Virus record (IMG/VR): IMGVR_UViG_3300035698_029839
Coordinates: 1 to 64,000 of that record
Reading direction: 5' to 3' (one strand)
DNA length: 64,000 nt
Below are positions 46,821 through 55,939 of the stretch, piece after piece (position 1 is the stretch's first letter; the number at the start of each line of letters is the position of its first letter). The notes below the pieces were generated by a model, which saw only the letters and a program-made list of their open reading frames with translations, made no database searches and was not told where the DNA came from. A program made the translations under genes and the position numbers.

Positions 46821-49805
46821 ATGGCTTTAGTTTTAAATAGATATCAAAAAGAAGCAGTATTTCATAAAGATGGTCCTTGTTTGGTCACTTCTTGTCCAGG
46901 TTCTGGCAAAACTTTTACTCTTGTAGAAAGAATTGTTTGTTTAATAAAACATGGTGGAGTAAAACCTAAAAATATTTTGTGCCTAACATTTACGAACAAG
47001 GCGGCAAACGAAATGAAAGAGAGGGTTTGTAAAAGGCTCAATATAGATAAATTAGATTTTTTTGTAGGTACTTTTCATTCTCTTTGTGCAAAAATGCTTA
47101 GGAAAATAGGTCCTTCTCAAGGGTTAAAAGTTAATTTTAGTATTATAGATGACAGAGATCAAATTGATTTAATTATGCAAATAGCAAGGAAGCTTGAAAT
47201 AAAAATAGAAAAAGGCGATGCTTTTAAAATAGCTAATCGTCTTAATTTCTATAGGGATCAAATGGAAGATTTTGGATGGGTAGAGGATAATTTAAATTCG
47301 GAACCGTTCATCGATATAGCAAAAGAATATTTAAAACATTGTGATAAGAACGGTCTTTTAGATTTTAGTGCTCTTATATATAAAAATATTAAAACGATAG
47401 AGTCTGATGATGATTTGAAAAGAAAAATTCAAAATACTTTTAAATACATTATGGTTGACGAGACACAAGATACAAATAAATCTCAATTTTATTTAGTTAA
47501 TCTCTTGGGAGGAAGATGGAAAAATATAATGTTGATAGGAGATATTGATCAGTGTGTTATAGAAGGAGAAAGAGTTTTAACTAATGATGGATGGAAAAAA
47601 ATAGAAGATATAAAGAAAAAAGAGGAAGTTATATCTGCCTCTGGTGGTGGTAAGGTTTCTTCGGATAAAGTTCTTAATAAGTATAAGAAAAAAGTTTCTA
47701 ATCGTCCTATTGTTAGATTAAAGACTAAATCTGGATTTCATATGACTATGACAAAAGAGCATATGATTTTTGCAGACTATGTTAAATCATCTTCTAAAAA
47801 GATAATAGTATATTTAATGTATGATAGAGAATTTGGTTATCGTGTAGGAGTTACTAATACAAAACGCAAACATGGGAAAAATGGAGAAGGACTTGGAGCT
47901 AGGTTACAGCAGGAAAGAGCGGAATATTTATGGATTTTAAAATCTGTTGATAGTATTGATGATGCAAAATACTGGGAGCATTATTTTTCTGTTAAATATG
48001 GTATTCCTACATGGTGTTTCTATAGCAATAAAAAACAAAGAAATTTAGATTATTCAGATGAAAGTATTAAAAAACTTTTTTCTTCTATCAACACGGTTAA
48101 TAATGCAAAGAAATTAATGGAGGATTTATGGTTGTTTGAAGAACGACCACATTATGTCCCAAAATGCATGTGTAAAAATAAGCGTAGGAATTTTACTATC
48201 AATATGTGTGCTGATTCTCGTTCAGGTACTTTGCATAGATATATGATATCTGGTTCTGATGAAAAAGATGGGGAAATGCTTAAAGAGGCAGGGCTGAATG
48301 TGAGAAGTAACGGAAAGGGAAGAAGGGGATGGAGAGTAGATTCTGCTTTGAAATCTATAAATAAAATTTATAATATTTTAAAACTAACTAAAGAGACATT
48401 AGGATATGTTAACATTATAGAAAAAGCTCGTTTTTGTGAAGAAACTCTTTCTTTAATACCTGCTTCTCATTTGAAAGAAGGTATGGCAGTTTATGTTGGT
48501 GATGAAAATGGTGTTTCTATCGATTATGTTGAGTCTATAGAATTTGATTATTATGATGGTAACGTTTATGATATTGATGTTGATAATTATCATAATTTTA
48601 TAACCAATGGGATTGTAAGCCATAACTCGATCTACGGTTGGAGAGGAGCAAGATATCAGAATATCCAGGATTTTATAAATAATTATTCTGATTGCAAAGT
48701 TATTTCTCTTTCTAAAAATTACAGATCTACACCCCAAATTGTTGAGGTGGCAAGGAAATTAATTAAATTAAATACAAGTCATATGGGTACTGCTTTTGAG
48801 ACTGATAATAAAGATGGGGATAAAGTTAAATGTTATTCTTTTAGAGATCAATACGCAGAAGCCAATTGGGTTGGAAATACAGCTAAGAAAATTATGGGAG
48901 AAGGGGGTTGGGACCCTTCTGATATAGCTGTTCTTTATAGAGCTAATAAAATGTCAGAACCTATTGAACAGGCATTGGTTAATAATGCTATACCTTATGA
49001 AGTTATAGGAGCATGGAATTTTTATGATCGTAAAGAGGTAAGAGATTGTCTTGCTATGTTAAAGTTATTAGCTAATCCTAGGGACGGAATTGCTTTTGGT
49101 AGAATTTGTTCTTTTGTAGATGGTATGGGATCTATTACTATAGGCAAAATAGAGAATATAGCTCAAGATAAGAATATAAGTATTCCTCAAGCCTGTAAAA
49201 TAATGGGAGATAAAGCAAATAGTATCAATATTTCTAAGGGTTGTGAAAAACTTCATAGTATTTATAGTAGTAAATGGGATCATACAAATCCTGCTGGTTG
49301 TTTGTCTAAATTGATTAATAATTTTAATTATGAAAGACATTTATTAAAAAAGTTTAATGATACTGCTAGCGAGAGAAAAGATAATGTTTCTCAAATAGTG
49401 TCTTCTGCTGGAGAATGTAATGGAGAAACAAATGGAGTGAGTAAATATCTTCAGCAAGTTTCTCTTATTACGAATGCGGACAAAGATAATAAAGATGATA
49501 AGATGTCACTGATGAGTCTTCATGCATCCAAGGGATTAGAGTTTCCTATTGTATTTATGATAGGTGTGGAAAGTGATTTATTGCCTCATAAGAACGCTAT
49601 GTCTGAAGATCCATATGCTGGGCTTGAAGAGGAGAGAAGATTGTGCTATGTGGGTATGACAAGAGCTAAGAAGGCTTTGCTTTTAAGTTGGTGTCAAAGA
49701 AGACGAAGATTTGGTAAGCATGGAGATGTCTCTTTTAATAAGTGTAAGCCAAGTAGGTTTTTATATGAGTCGGGAATATTAAAGAAAGGTCAATATGAAT
49801 ATTGA
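46821..49805 (+). CDS. uvrD: UvrD/PcrA SF1 helicase with intein
   Basis: PGSGKT, TFTNKAA, GTFHS, VDETQD, GDIDQ|intein|SIYGWRGA, NYRS, HASKGLEF, EERRLCYVGMTRA. Confidence 0.92.
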   Translation: MALVLNRYQKEAVFHKDGPCLVTSCPGSGKTFTLVERIVCLIKHGGVKPKNILCLTFTNKAANEMKERVCKRLNIDKLDFFVGTFHSLCAKMLRKIGPSQGLKVNFSIIDDRDQIDLIMQIARKLEIKIEKGDAFKIANRLNFYRDQMEDFGWVEDNLNSEPFIDIAKEYLKHCDKNGLLDFSALIYKNIKTIESDDDLKRKIQNTFKYIMVDETQDTNKSQFYLVNLLGGRWKNIMLIGDIDQCVIEGERVLTNDGWKKIEDIKKKEEVISASGGGKVSSDKVLNKYKKKVSNRPIVRLKTKSGFHMTMTKEHMIFADYVKSSSKKIIVYLMYDREFGYRVGVTNTKRKHGKNGEGLGARLQQERAEYLWILKSVDSIDDAKYWEHYFSVKYGIPTWCFYSNKKQRNLDYSDESIKKLFSSINTVNNAKKLMEDLWLFEERPHYVPKCMCKNKRRNFTINMCADSRSGTLHRYMISGSDEKDGEMLKEAGLNVRSNGKGRRGWRVDSALKSINKIYNILKLTKETLGYVNIIEKARFCEETLSLIPASHLKEGMAVYVGDENGVSIDYVESIEFDYYDGNVYDIDVDNYHNFITNGIVSHNSIYGWRGARYQNIQDFINNYSDCKVISLSKNYRSTPQIVEVARKLIKLNTSHMGTAFETDNKDGDKVKCYSFRDQYAEANWVGNTAKKIMGEGGWDPSDIAVLYRANKMSEPIEQALVNNAIPYEVIGAWNFYDRKEVRDCLAMLKLLANPRDGIAFGRICSFVDGMGSITIGKIENIAQDKNISIPQACKIMGDKANSINISKGCEKLHSIYSSKWDHTNPAGCLSKLINNFNYERHLLKKFNDTASERKDNVSQIVSSAGECNGETNGVSKYLQQVSLITNADKDNKDDKMSLMSLHASKGLEFPIVFMIGVESDLLPHKNAMSEDPYAGLEEERRLCYVGMTRAKKALLLSWCQRRRRFGKHGDVSFNKCKPSRFLYESGILKKGQYEY
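47553..48626 (+). mobile_element. Intein in UvrD motif III (358 aa) with a non-LAGLIDADG insert
   Basis: CVIEGERVLT, MTKEHMIF, VYDIDV..YHNFITNGIVSHN|S. Confidence 0.9.
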
Positions 49806-50310
49806 GATAGAAAGAAAATTTTTAGTAGAAGATCCTACTTTTTTGATAAGTAGTCCTCATTATTGTTACATAATCTATCAATACTATATTGATGAAGGTA
49901 CTAGAATAAGAATAAAAGATTATGGAAATAAATATAAAGAAGCTTTTATTACCATGAAATCAAAAAAGGAAAAATTTGATAGGTATGAACAAGAATTTGA
50001 GATAAATGTTGATGTTGCAGAGCATTATTGTGAGCATTTAAAAGATAAAAATATAGGACTTGGTTTTATTAAAAAAACAAGACATGTTTTATATGATATA
50101 GACAGTGTTAAAGAGTGTAAGAAGTGGGAAATAGATGTTTTTCATGGGGATAATGAAGGTTTGATTTTAGCAGAGATAGAGCTTCCATGGGAAGATGCAG
50201 GATTTGATAAGTTGAAGGGTTGGGGAGAAGAAGTAACTAATGATAAGAGATATTATAATGCTTATTTAGCAGAACATCCTTATAAGGAATGGAAAGATGA
50301 TAGGGGATAA
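49795..50310 (+). CDS. CYTH-domain (triphosphate tunnel) protein
   Basis: EIERKFLV, RIR, KTR, WEIDVF, LAEIEL, EVTNDKRYYN. Confidence 0.88.
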   Translation: MNIEIERKFLVEDPTFLISSPHYCYIIYQYYIDEGTRIRIKDYGNKYKEAFITMKSKKEKFDRYEQEFEINVDVAEHYCEHLKDKNIGLGFIKKTRHVLYDIDSVKECKKWEIDVFHGDNEGLILAEIELPWEDAGFDKLKGWGEEVTNDKRYYNAYLAEHPYKEWKDDRG

Positions 50311-50503
50311 ACATAAGCCTCAATCTACGTTTGGTAGATGGATAGAAGCATTTTGGGACGGAGCAAGAAGTAAAACTAAAAAGGGGAAAACAAGAATTCC
50401 TTCTTTAGTCGATGATAAGAAGTATACTAGAAGATGGAGACGTAGAAAAGAAAAAATAGATTTAAAGGACGAAATAAGTGGACAGACAAGAAATAGAAAA
50501 TAA
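50297..50503 (+). CDS. Small basic hypothetical protein
   Basis: ORF track. Confidence 0.4.
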   Translation: MIGDKHKPQSTFGRWIEAFWDGARSKTKKGKTRIPSLVDDKKYTRRWRRRKEKIDLKDEISGQTRNRK

Positions 50504-50735
50504 AGTTATACATATAATTTCTAATCATCTATCAATAGAATTACAAAAAGAAGATTTAAATTCTAATTTTATTGTGGATTTAGGTGCGGACAGTTTGGAC
50601 TTGATTGGAGTTGTAATGTTGGTAGAAGAAGAATTTAATTTGTCTCCTATTCCTGATAAAGAAGCAGAAAATATTTTAACTACAAAATTATTAATAAATT
50701 ATATTTATACAAAATTGAATAATGAGTCTAGCTAA
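50478..50735 (+). CDS. acpP: Acyl carrier protein
   Basis: DLGADSLD...VEEEF...IPDKEAE; phosphopantetheine Ser present. Confidence 0.88.
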   Translation: MDRQEIENKVIHIISNHLSIELQKEDLNSNFIVDLGADSLDLIGVVMLVEEEFNLSPIPDKEAENILTTKLLINYIYTKLNNESS

Positions 50736-51123
50736 ATATATTCCATTAAGAGATGCCATACTGAAATATGGTGGCAAAGATATGCCAGTTATAGCCATAA
50801 AGAAGTTTTGTGTAGATATAGATAGACTAACATCTTCTTATGAGGTGTGGTTAGATGTTAATGATGCTTCTGGGATAGTAGAGGCATCTGATAATGTTGT
50901 AGTTAATGCTATTAGTTTAGTTCCTACAGATATGGACGAACCTGCATTTTTCGTTATTGATGGAATATCTGTTTCTTGTTCTATAAAACACTATGTTTAT
51001 CATTCTATTAAACATGCTTATTTAGTTAGGGTAGAGTTTCTTTTAAGTAGAGATGATGTTAAACCATATATGATCGAGGAAGATAATAAAGATCAAAATC
51101 GTTTTGATATTTTGGACTTATGA
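50722..51123 (+). CDS. Hypothetical protein with RFDILDL tag
   Basis: Ends DQNRFDILDL. Confidence 0.6.
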   Translation: MSLAKYIPLRDAILKYGGKDMPVIAIKKFCVDIDRLTSSYEVWLDVNDASGIVEASDNVVVNAISLVPTDMDEPAFFVIDGISVSCSIKHYVYHSIKHAYLVRVEFLLSRDDVKPYMIEEDNKDQNRFDILDL

Positions 51124-51452
51124 GCGATAAAGTTAAACAAATTACTATTGATGACTCAGTAACAGATAAGGAGTCTATCTATAAAATATTAGCACAATGT
51201 GCACATGATGAAGGAATCTCAATTTTTAAAGTAGCAGATAGTTCTATCGATAATATCCAAAAAATGGATAAAGACTGTCGAAGATATCGACAAAGAATTA
51301 GCGAACTCGCTGGAAAAGAAAGCAAATATAGAAAAGAAGTATTAGAACTAGAGAGAAAAAAGATAAAACTTGAGAAAGGACTTAAAGAGTTAGAAAAAGA
51401 AATAAATTTTCGAGTTATGAATGATAGTCGTTCTAATTGGTTGGATTTATAA
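51120..51452 (+). CDS. Coiled-coil protein with divergent tag (RSNWLDL)
   Basis: Ends DSRSNWLDL. Confidence 0.55.
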   Translation: MSDKVKQITIDDSVTDKESIYKILAQCAHDEGISIFKVADSSIDNIQKMDKDCRRYRQRISELAGKESKYRKEVLELERKKIKLEKGLKELEKEINFRVMNDSRSNWLDL

Positions 51453-51922
51453 TGGACTTATTACAAGTAATAATACCACAACCTCCAGATTTTCGTATCT
51501 TGTTGGAAGATAATGAAGAAATAAGAATTATAAGATATGAACAAATAAATATGAATTTTTGTGATAGGGTAGTATACAAAGATGGTAAAAAGAAAACAGT
51601 TCAATCTCCACTTATTACTTATTTAGTCGAATTAGATAATCAATCAAAAGAGCAATTAAAGAAATTATTTTCAGATTCTTTTGAATCTAATGATAGCACG
51701 ATACAAACAAGATCTGCTAGAATCAAAGTGGGTAGAGATGGATATGTATATAATGTAGAAGTATCAGCTAGACCAGATATGAATGATTTTGTTTATTCTT
51801 CCAAAATATTTCAAGAAAGAGTTAAAATATGTTTAAGGCTAGAAGAGACGAGTATATCTTTATTTGATAGAGCGAATGAGGCTTATGAAAAATATGAACG
51901 TTTTGAGATTTTGGATTTATAA
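51452..51922 (+). CDS. Hypothetical protein with RFEILDL tag
   Basis: Ends YERFEILDL; TAATG coupling to the upstream gene. Confidence 0.6.
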   Translation: MDLLQVIIPQPPDFRILLEDNEEIRIIRYEQINMNFCDRVVYKDGKKKTVQSPLITYLVELDNQSKEQLKKLFSDSFESNDSTIQTRSARIKVGRDGYVYNVEVSARPDMNDFVYSSKIFQERVKICLRLEETSISLFDRANEAYEKYERFEILDL

Positions 51923-52374
51923 TGGCTGTGATTGGTCCTATGATGTTTGGTGGTAAGTTTTCTATTTATAGCAATGGCGCTGAGGTTCTAAAAAATTTAG
52001 AAATAGTGGGATGGCGGGTTGAAGATAGAATTTCATCATACGATCATCCTCTATATACTTTTACAGCATCGTGCGGTCATGATAGCGTTCATTATTTTAA
52101 CGTATTGGTTAGGGAAGGGGTTGTTCGTTCTGATGGGGTTTCAATAATAAATTATGAAGGATTAGAGTATCCAGTGTATATAGATTCTTATGAGATGATT
52201 CAACACAATGCTGAGGTTACAAGCATGTCTGGTCATCATGGTTATATTCCAGGTAGTATGGAAGTTATTATTTGTGGCCATATTGATAGTAGAGATATAG
52301 GTGAGGTCGATACTATTATAGAAAAGAAAAAAGAAGTAGCGATAAAAGATCGCTTTGAGATTTTAGATTTATAA
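51922..52374 (+). CDS. Hypothetical protein with RFEILDL tag
   Basis: Ends AIKDRFEILDL. Confidence 0.6.
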   Translation: MAVIGPMMFGGKFSIYSNGAEVLKNLEIVGWRVEDRISSYDHPLYTFTASCGHDSVHYFNVLVREGVVRSDGVSIINYEGLEYPVYIDSYEMIQHNAEVTSMSGHHGYIPGSMEVIICGHIDSRDIGEVDTIIEKKKEVAIKDRFEILDL

Positions 52375-52387
52375 AGGAAAAATTATT

Positions 52388-52636
52388 ATGATTAAAAAAA
52401 TGTTTAATAAGATGTTAGATAAGGCAAAAGAAATGCCTAAGGGATCGGCTGAGGGTGCTATAGTAGGGCTTATATTGGCGTTTATATTAGTGGTATTTCT
52501 TTTGGTTTGGTTCTTCTGTGCTTGCCACGGTTGGTTAGTTCTTGCATTCCCAACTTTTGTAGCTTTCCCAAAATGGGCTTTTGTGTTGTTAATGTTTATT
52601 CTGGCTGGTGGTAGTAGCGGTAATAAAAGTTCTTAA
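52388..52636 (+). CDS. Small membrane protein
   Basis: Two hydrophobic stretches. Confidence 0.6.
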   Translation: MIKKMFNKMLDKAKEMPKGSAEGAIVGLILAFILVVFLLVWFFCACHGWLVLAFPTFVAFPKWAFVLLMFILAGGSSGNKSS

Positions 52637-52644
52637 GGGGATTC

Positions 52645-52710
52645 ATGAATAATACTTATGCGGAATTGATAGATAAGCATAAAGGGGAAGTTGCTTTTAT
52701 ATTTAGGTGA
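52645..52710 (+). pseudogene. 5' remnant of a Maf-like gene
   Basis: MNNTYAELIDKHKGEVAFIFR* aligns with the N-termini of 53705 and 57172. Confidence 0.6.
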
Positions 52711-52777
52711 AGGATAAATCTTAATTTTGTAGAATTAATATAATATTAATTATTTAATGATACAAAAGGAGATTATT

Positions 52778-53698
52778 ATGTTAATAAAAATATGTGATAT
52801 ATGTAAAAAAGAATTTAAGAACAGGAATAAGAACCAGCGATTTTGTTCCAGAGCGTGTTATGGTAAAAGCAAATGTAAAAATACTACTAGAAATTGTTTA
52901 TTTTGTAAGAAGGAGTTTAATGTTGGTTATGTCGGTCATAATCAGAAATTTTGTTCTAATAAATGTTTTGGTTTATCTATAAGAACAAAAAAAATAATAA
53001 ATTGTTTGGAATGTGGTAAAGAATTTAAGCAGAAAGATTCAAAACAAAAATTTTGTTCTAAGATTTGTTCCCAGAAAAATCGTTGTAAGAATGTTTATAA
53101 AGATTGTAAATATTGTAATAAAGAATTTAAAATATTAAATAAAAATCAGAGATATTGTAGCCGCCAGTGTGCAAATTTAAGTTTACATCAAAAGGTGACT
53201 AGTAAGAAATGCGAATTTTGCAGCAAAATTTTTACTAGTAATATACATTTTAGAAAATACTGCGATGATGAATGTGCGAAAGCTGCACATAAAGAAAAAA
53301 GTAAAAAGATAATAAAAAAATGTGAAGAATGCGGTGATACATATATCACCGCACATAAAAATCAAAAATTTTGTTCTTTACAATGTGTTGGAAAAAGAAA
53401 TTCTAAATTAAAATTATTAGTGCCCACTAAGAATGGTAAGAAAAAAATAACCTATAATAAAAAAAGAAGTTATTTATCTAGGCATAATGCAGAAAAAAAG
53501 ATTAACAGAAAACTTAAAAAAGGAGAAGTTGTTCATCATGTAGATTGCGATCCTAGAAACGATGTTCCAGATAATTTATATATTTTTAAAAATAATGGAG
53601 AACATGTAATTTGTCATGGTGAAATTTATGGTTTGGTTAAGTGTTTACTAGAAGATGATATTATAAAATTTGTGGATGGTAGATATGAAAGGATTTAG
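52778..53698 (+). CDS. HNH endonuclease with about 6 CxxC...CSxxC zinc repeats
   Basis: Repeated C..C.KEF......(F/Y)CS..C; C-terminal RKLKKGEVVHHVDCDPRND..DNL...H...H; AAGGAG RBS. Confidence 0.85.
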   Translation: MLIKICDICKKEFKNRNKNQRFCSRACYGKSKCKNTTRNCLFCKKEFNVGYVGHNQKFCSNKCFGLSIRTKKIINCLECGKEFKQKDSKQKFCSKICSQKNRCKNVYKDCKYCNKEFKILNKNQRYCSRQCANLSLHQKVTSKKCEFCSKIFTSNIHFRKYCDDECAKAAHKEKSKKIIKKCEECGDTYITAHKNQKFCSLQCVGKRNSKLKLLVPTKNGKKKITYNKKRSYLSRHNAEKKINRKLKKGEVVHHVDCDPRNDVPDNLYIFKNNGEHVICHGEIYGLVKCLLEDDIIKFVDGRYERI

Positions 53699-53704
53699 GA
53701 AGCA

Positions 53705-54412
53705 ATGAATACATATTTAAGTCTTCAAGATAAGCATGTGGGAAAATCGTGCATAATTCTAGGGGCTGGGCCTTCTTTATATGATTTCTGTCTGTCTTAT
53801 CATTTTAGAGAGATATTAGATCACGTTATAGTCTCTATCAATTCAGCATTCATGCCTTTAGCAGGGTTTGATCTGAATCCAGAAAAACATTATTGGATTT
53901 CTAATGACACATTATGTCGCAGATGGAGTTACTGGAAAGATATTGAGGAATCTAAATGCACAAAGGTAGTTCGTGATAGTTGGTTAAAATATAAAGAACA
54001 AATGACTAATACTTTGTTTTTCTCTCCACGTCCTACCCCAGAAGATGTGGTTAATCCTAAAGATACTGGATTGTGTTATTGCTCCTCTGCTCCTACTGCT
54101 ATTGACTTAGCCATTCAAATGGGTTGTAAAAAAATTATTCTTTTTGGCATAGATCATAATGATAGTAGTGGTAGGCATCATTTCTGGCAGTTGTTATACG
54201 ATAGAGAGAATAGACCAACGGCTAATGCTAATATTTATGATTCTTGGCGAAAACAAAAAAAAGTTTTTGAGTTTAATAATAAGTCTTATAAAGCTCTGAA
54301 AAAATTTGCTAATATGAAAAAAGTAGAGATATATAATTGTAGTAATATGACTGAAGTTGATACTTTTGAAAGAATTTCAATAGAATATGCTTTTAAGATA
54401 ATAGGAAAATAG
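53705..54412 (+). CDS. Maf/MptE-like (DUF115-type) protein, putative glycosyltransferase
   Basis: IILGAGPSL, SIN, AIQMGCKKIILFGIDH, IYNCS. Confidence 0.7.
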   Translation: MNTYLSLQDKHVGKSCIILGAGPSLYDFCLSYHFREILDHVIVSINSAFMPLAGFDLNPEKHYWISNDTLCRRWSYWKDIEESKCTKVVRDSWLKYKEQMTNTLFFSPRPTPEDVVNPKDTGLCYCSSAPTAIDLAIQMGCKKIILFGIDHNDSSGRHHFWQLLYDRENRPTANANIYDSWRKQKKVFEFNNKSYKALKKFANMKKVEIYNCSNMTEVDTFERISIEYAFKIIGK

Positions 54413-54415
54413 ATA

Positions 54416-54613
54416 ATGACTAATGCATTGATAGAAAAAATATTGATAAAAAAAGTTAGAGAATTAGAAGGAAGAATTGAGAGATTAGAAAATGGCAAAA
54501 AACCTTATGATGATCCTTATAAAAAATCTAATCCTTACGATTTATCAGAAGTGGCAGGTATAATAAAAAATCATAAAGAAGAAAAAAATGAAATTTTATC
54601 ACGGAACAACTAA
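54416..54613 (+). CDS. Hypothetical protein
   Basis: ORF track. Confidence 0.45.
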   Translation: MTNALIEKILIKKVRELEGRIERLENGKKPYDDPYKKSNPYDLSEVAGIIKNHKEEKNEILSRNN

Positions 54614-54947
54614 AAAAAATTGGAAGAAGATCCAAAAAGAAGGAGTTCTCTGGGGATATAGAGATGGTATTGAAGGTCCGACTCTGGATTATAGATACAC
54701 TTATCTAACTCCTGATCTTGAAGTAGCAGAAGAACAGGGTAGTAAGGAAGTTATTTTAGAGGTTGAATATGATCCCATAGGAGTAGGGAATAAGGTTAAT
54801 GGGAAAACTATAGATAATTATGCTTTTGGACCTGAACCAGGGCAAATAGTTAAGCCAGGAGATCATTGCTGGCAATTCTCTGTGTTTGTCCCTATTGATT
54901 TAAAATATGTGAAAATTTTTAAGGAGAAAAGAAGAAATGAAAAATAA
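54588..54947 (+). CDS. Putative ADP-ribosyltransferase/Tpt1-fold protein
   Basis: FYHGTT...I..EG...YLTPD...A. Confidence 0.4.
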   Translation: MKFYHGTTKKNWKKIQKEGVLWGYRDGIEGPTLDYRYTYLTPDLEVAEEQGSKEVILEVEYDPIGVGNKVNGKTIDNYAFGPEPGQIVKPGDHCWQFSVFVPIDLKYVKIFKEKRRNEK

Positions 54948-55533
54948 AAAGAAAAAAAATATTTTAGAAAATGTTGAAATGTTGTCACAACCATTATTAA
55001 CAGAAGAAGGATTTGTTAATGAGGCGTGTATGAATGAATTAAATACTTTTATTTCAAAGATGCCTAAAAGTTATGATAGATTAAATAGAAATGATGAATG
55101 GACAATTAAAAAATGGACTTTTAAAAAAGATATAACAAGAGGATTGGCAAAATATGCAATTTCTCAATCTCCATATGTTTGTCCTGATAATTTAGAAGGA
55201 GTAATTAAATATTTAGATGCTTGTCTTGAGAAAGAAGTGGAATGGGAAGAATCTGGAATGGCAGAGCTTAGTTTGTGTGATATAAATAAATTATTACATA
55301 ATATATTATATGAGCAGGGATTTTCTTTTTTTGATGAATGGAATAAAGCTAAAAAGGGAAATGTAGAAGTGCAATTTTGTTCTAGATATTCAAAAGTTGA
55401 AGATCCTGATTATGAATTTATAGATTTAGATGCTCTTTTGCATAATGTTTGTCTTGATATAAGAATGGAAAGAAGGGCTTCGGATAAGTTCGATGAAGAA
55501 TTCCAAAAAGAGGAAATAAAAAATAAAAAATAA
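54937..55533 (+). CDS. Hypothetical protein
   Basis: ORF with AAGGAG RBS. Confidence 0.55.
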   Translation: MKNKKKKNILENVEMLSQPLLTEEGFVNEACMNELNTFISKMPKSYDRLNRNDEWTIKKWTFKKDITRGLAKYAISQSPYVCPDNLEGVIKYLDACLEKEVEWEESGMAELSLCDINKLLHNILYEQGFSFFDEWNKAKKGNVEVQFCSRYSKVEDPDYEFIDLDALLHNVCLDIRMERRASDKFDEEFQKEEIKNKK

Positions 55534-55617
55534 AAGAGGGTTTTTAAACGATTGTGTGTAATTATATAATTAGTTAATAATTTAATTGCCTAATTTTATA
55601 ATAATAGGAGAGAGATA

Positions 55618-55938
55618 ATGGCAAAGAGAAAGAAAAAAGAAAGCATAGCAGAGCTTAGAAAAAGAGTTTCTAATGATGAGATTATGGACACTTCTGCTGG
55701 AGAAATGGTGTTAGATATAACTGCTAAAGATCCAGATGTTCAATCTGATGGTCTTATGACTACAGAGGCAAAGCTTCATCCTTCTGATTGTATTACTTTT
55801 TATATGAGAGTAAGGAAAGATCTGTTAGATCATATAAAACAATTGGCAAGAGAAAGATCTTATAATGAGCAGAAGGACATTACACATCAGATGTTGATTA
55901 TAGATGCTTTAGAAAAAGCATATCCAATGGAGAAATAA
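55618..55938 (+). CDS. Protein with C-terminal ribbon-helix-helix-like domain
   Basis: TFYMRVRKDLLDHIKQLA...THQMLIIDALE. Confidence 0.5.
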   Translation: MAKRKKKESIAELRKRVSNDEIMDTSAGEMVLDITAKDPDVQSDGLMTTEAKLHPSDCITFYMRVRKDLLDHIKQLARERSYNEQKDITHQMLIIDALEKAYPMEK

Positions 55939-55939
55939 A

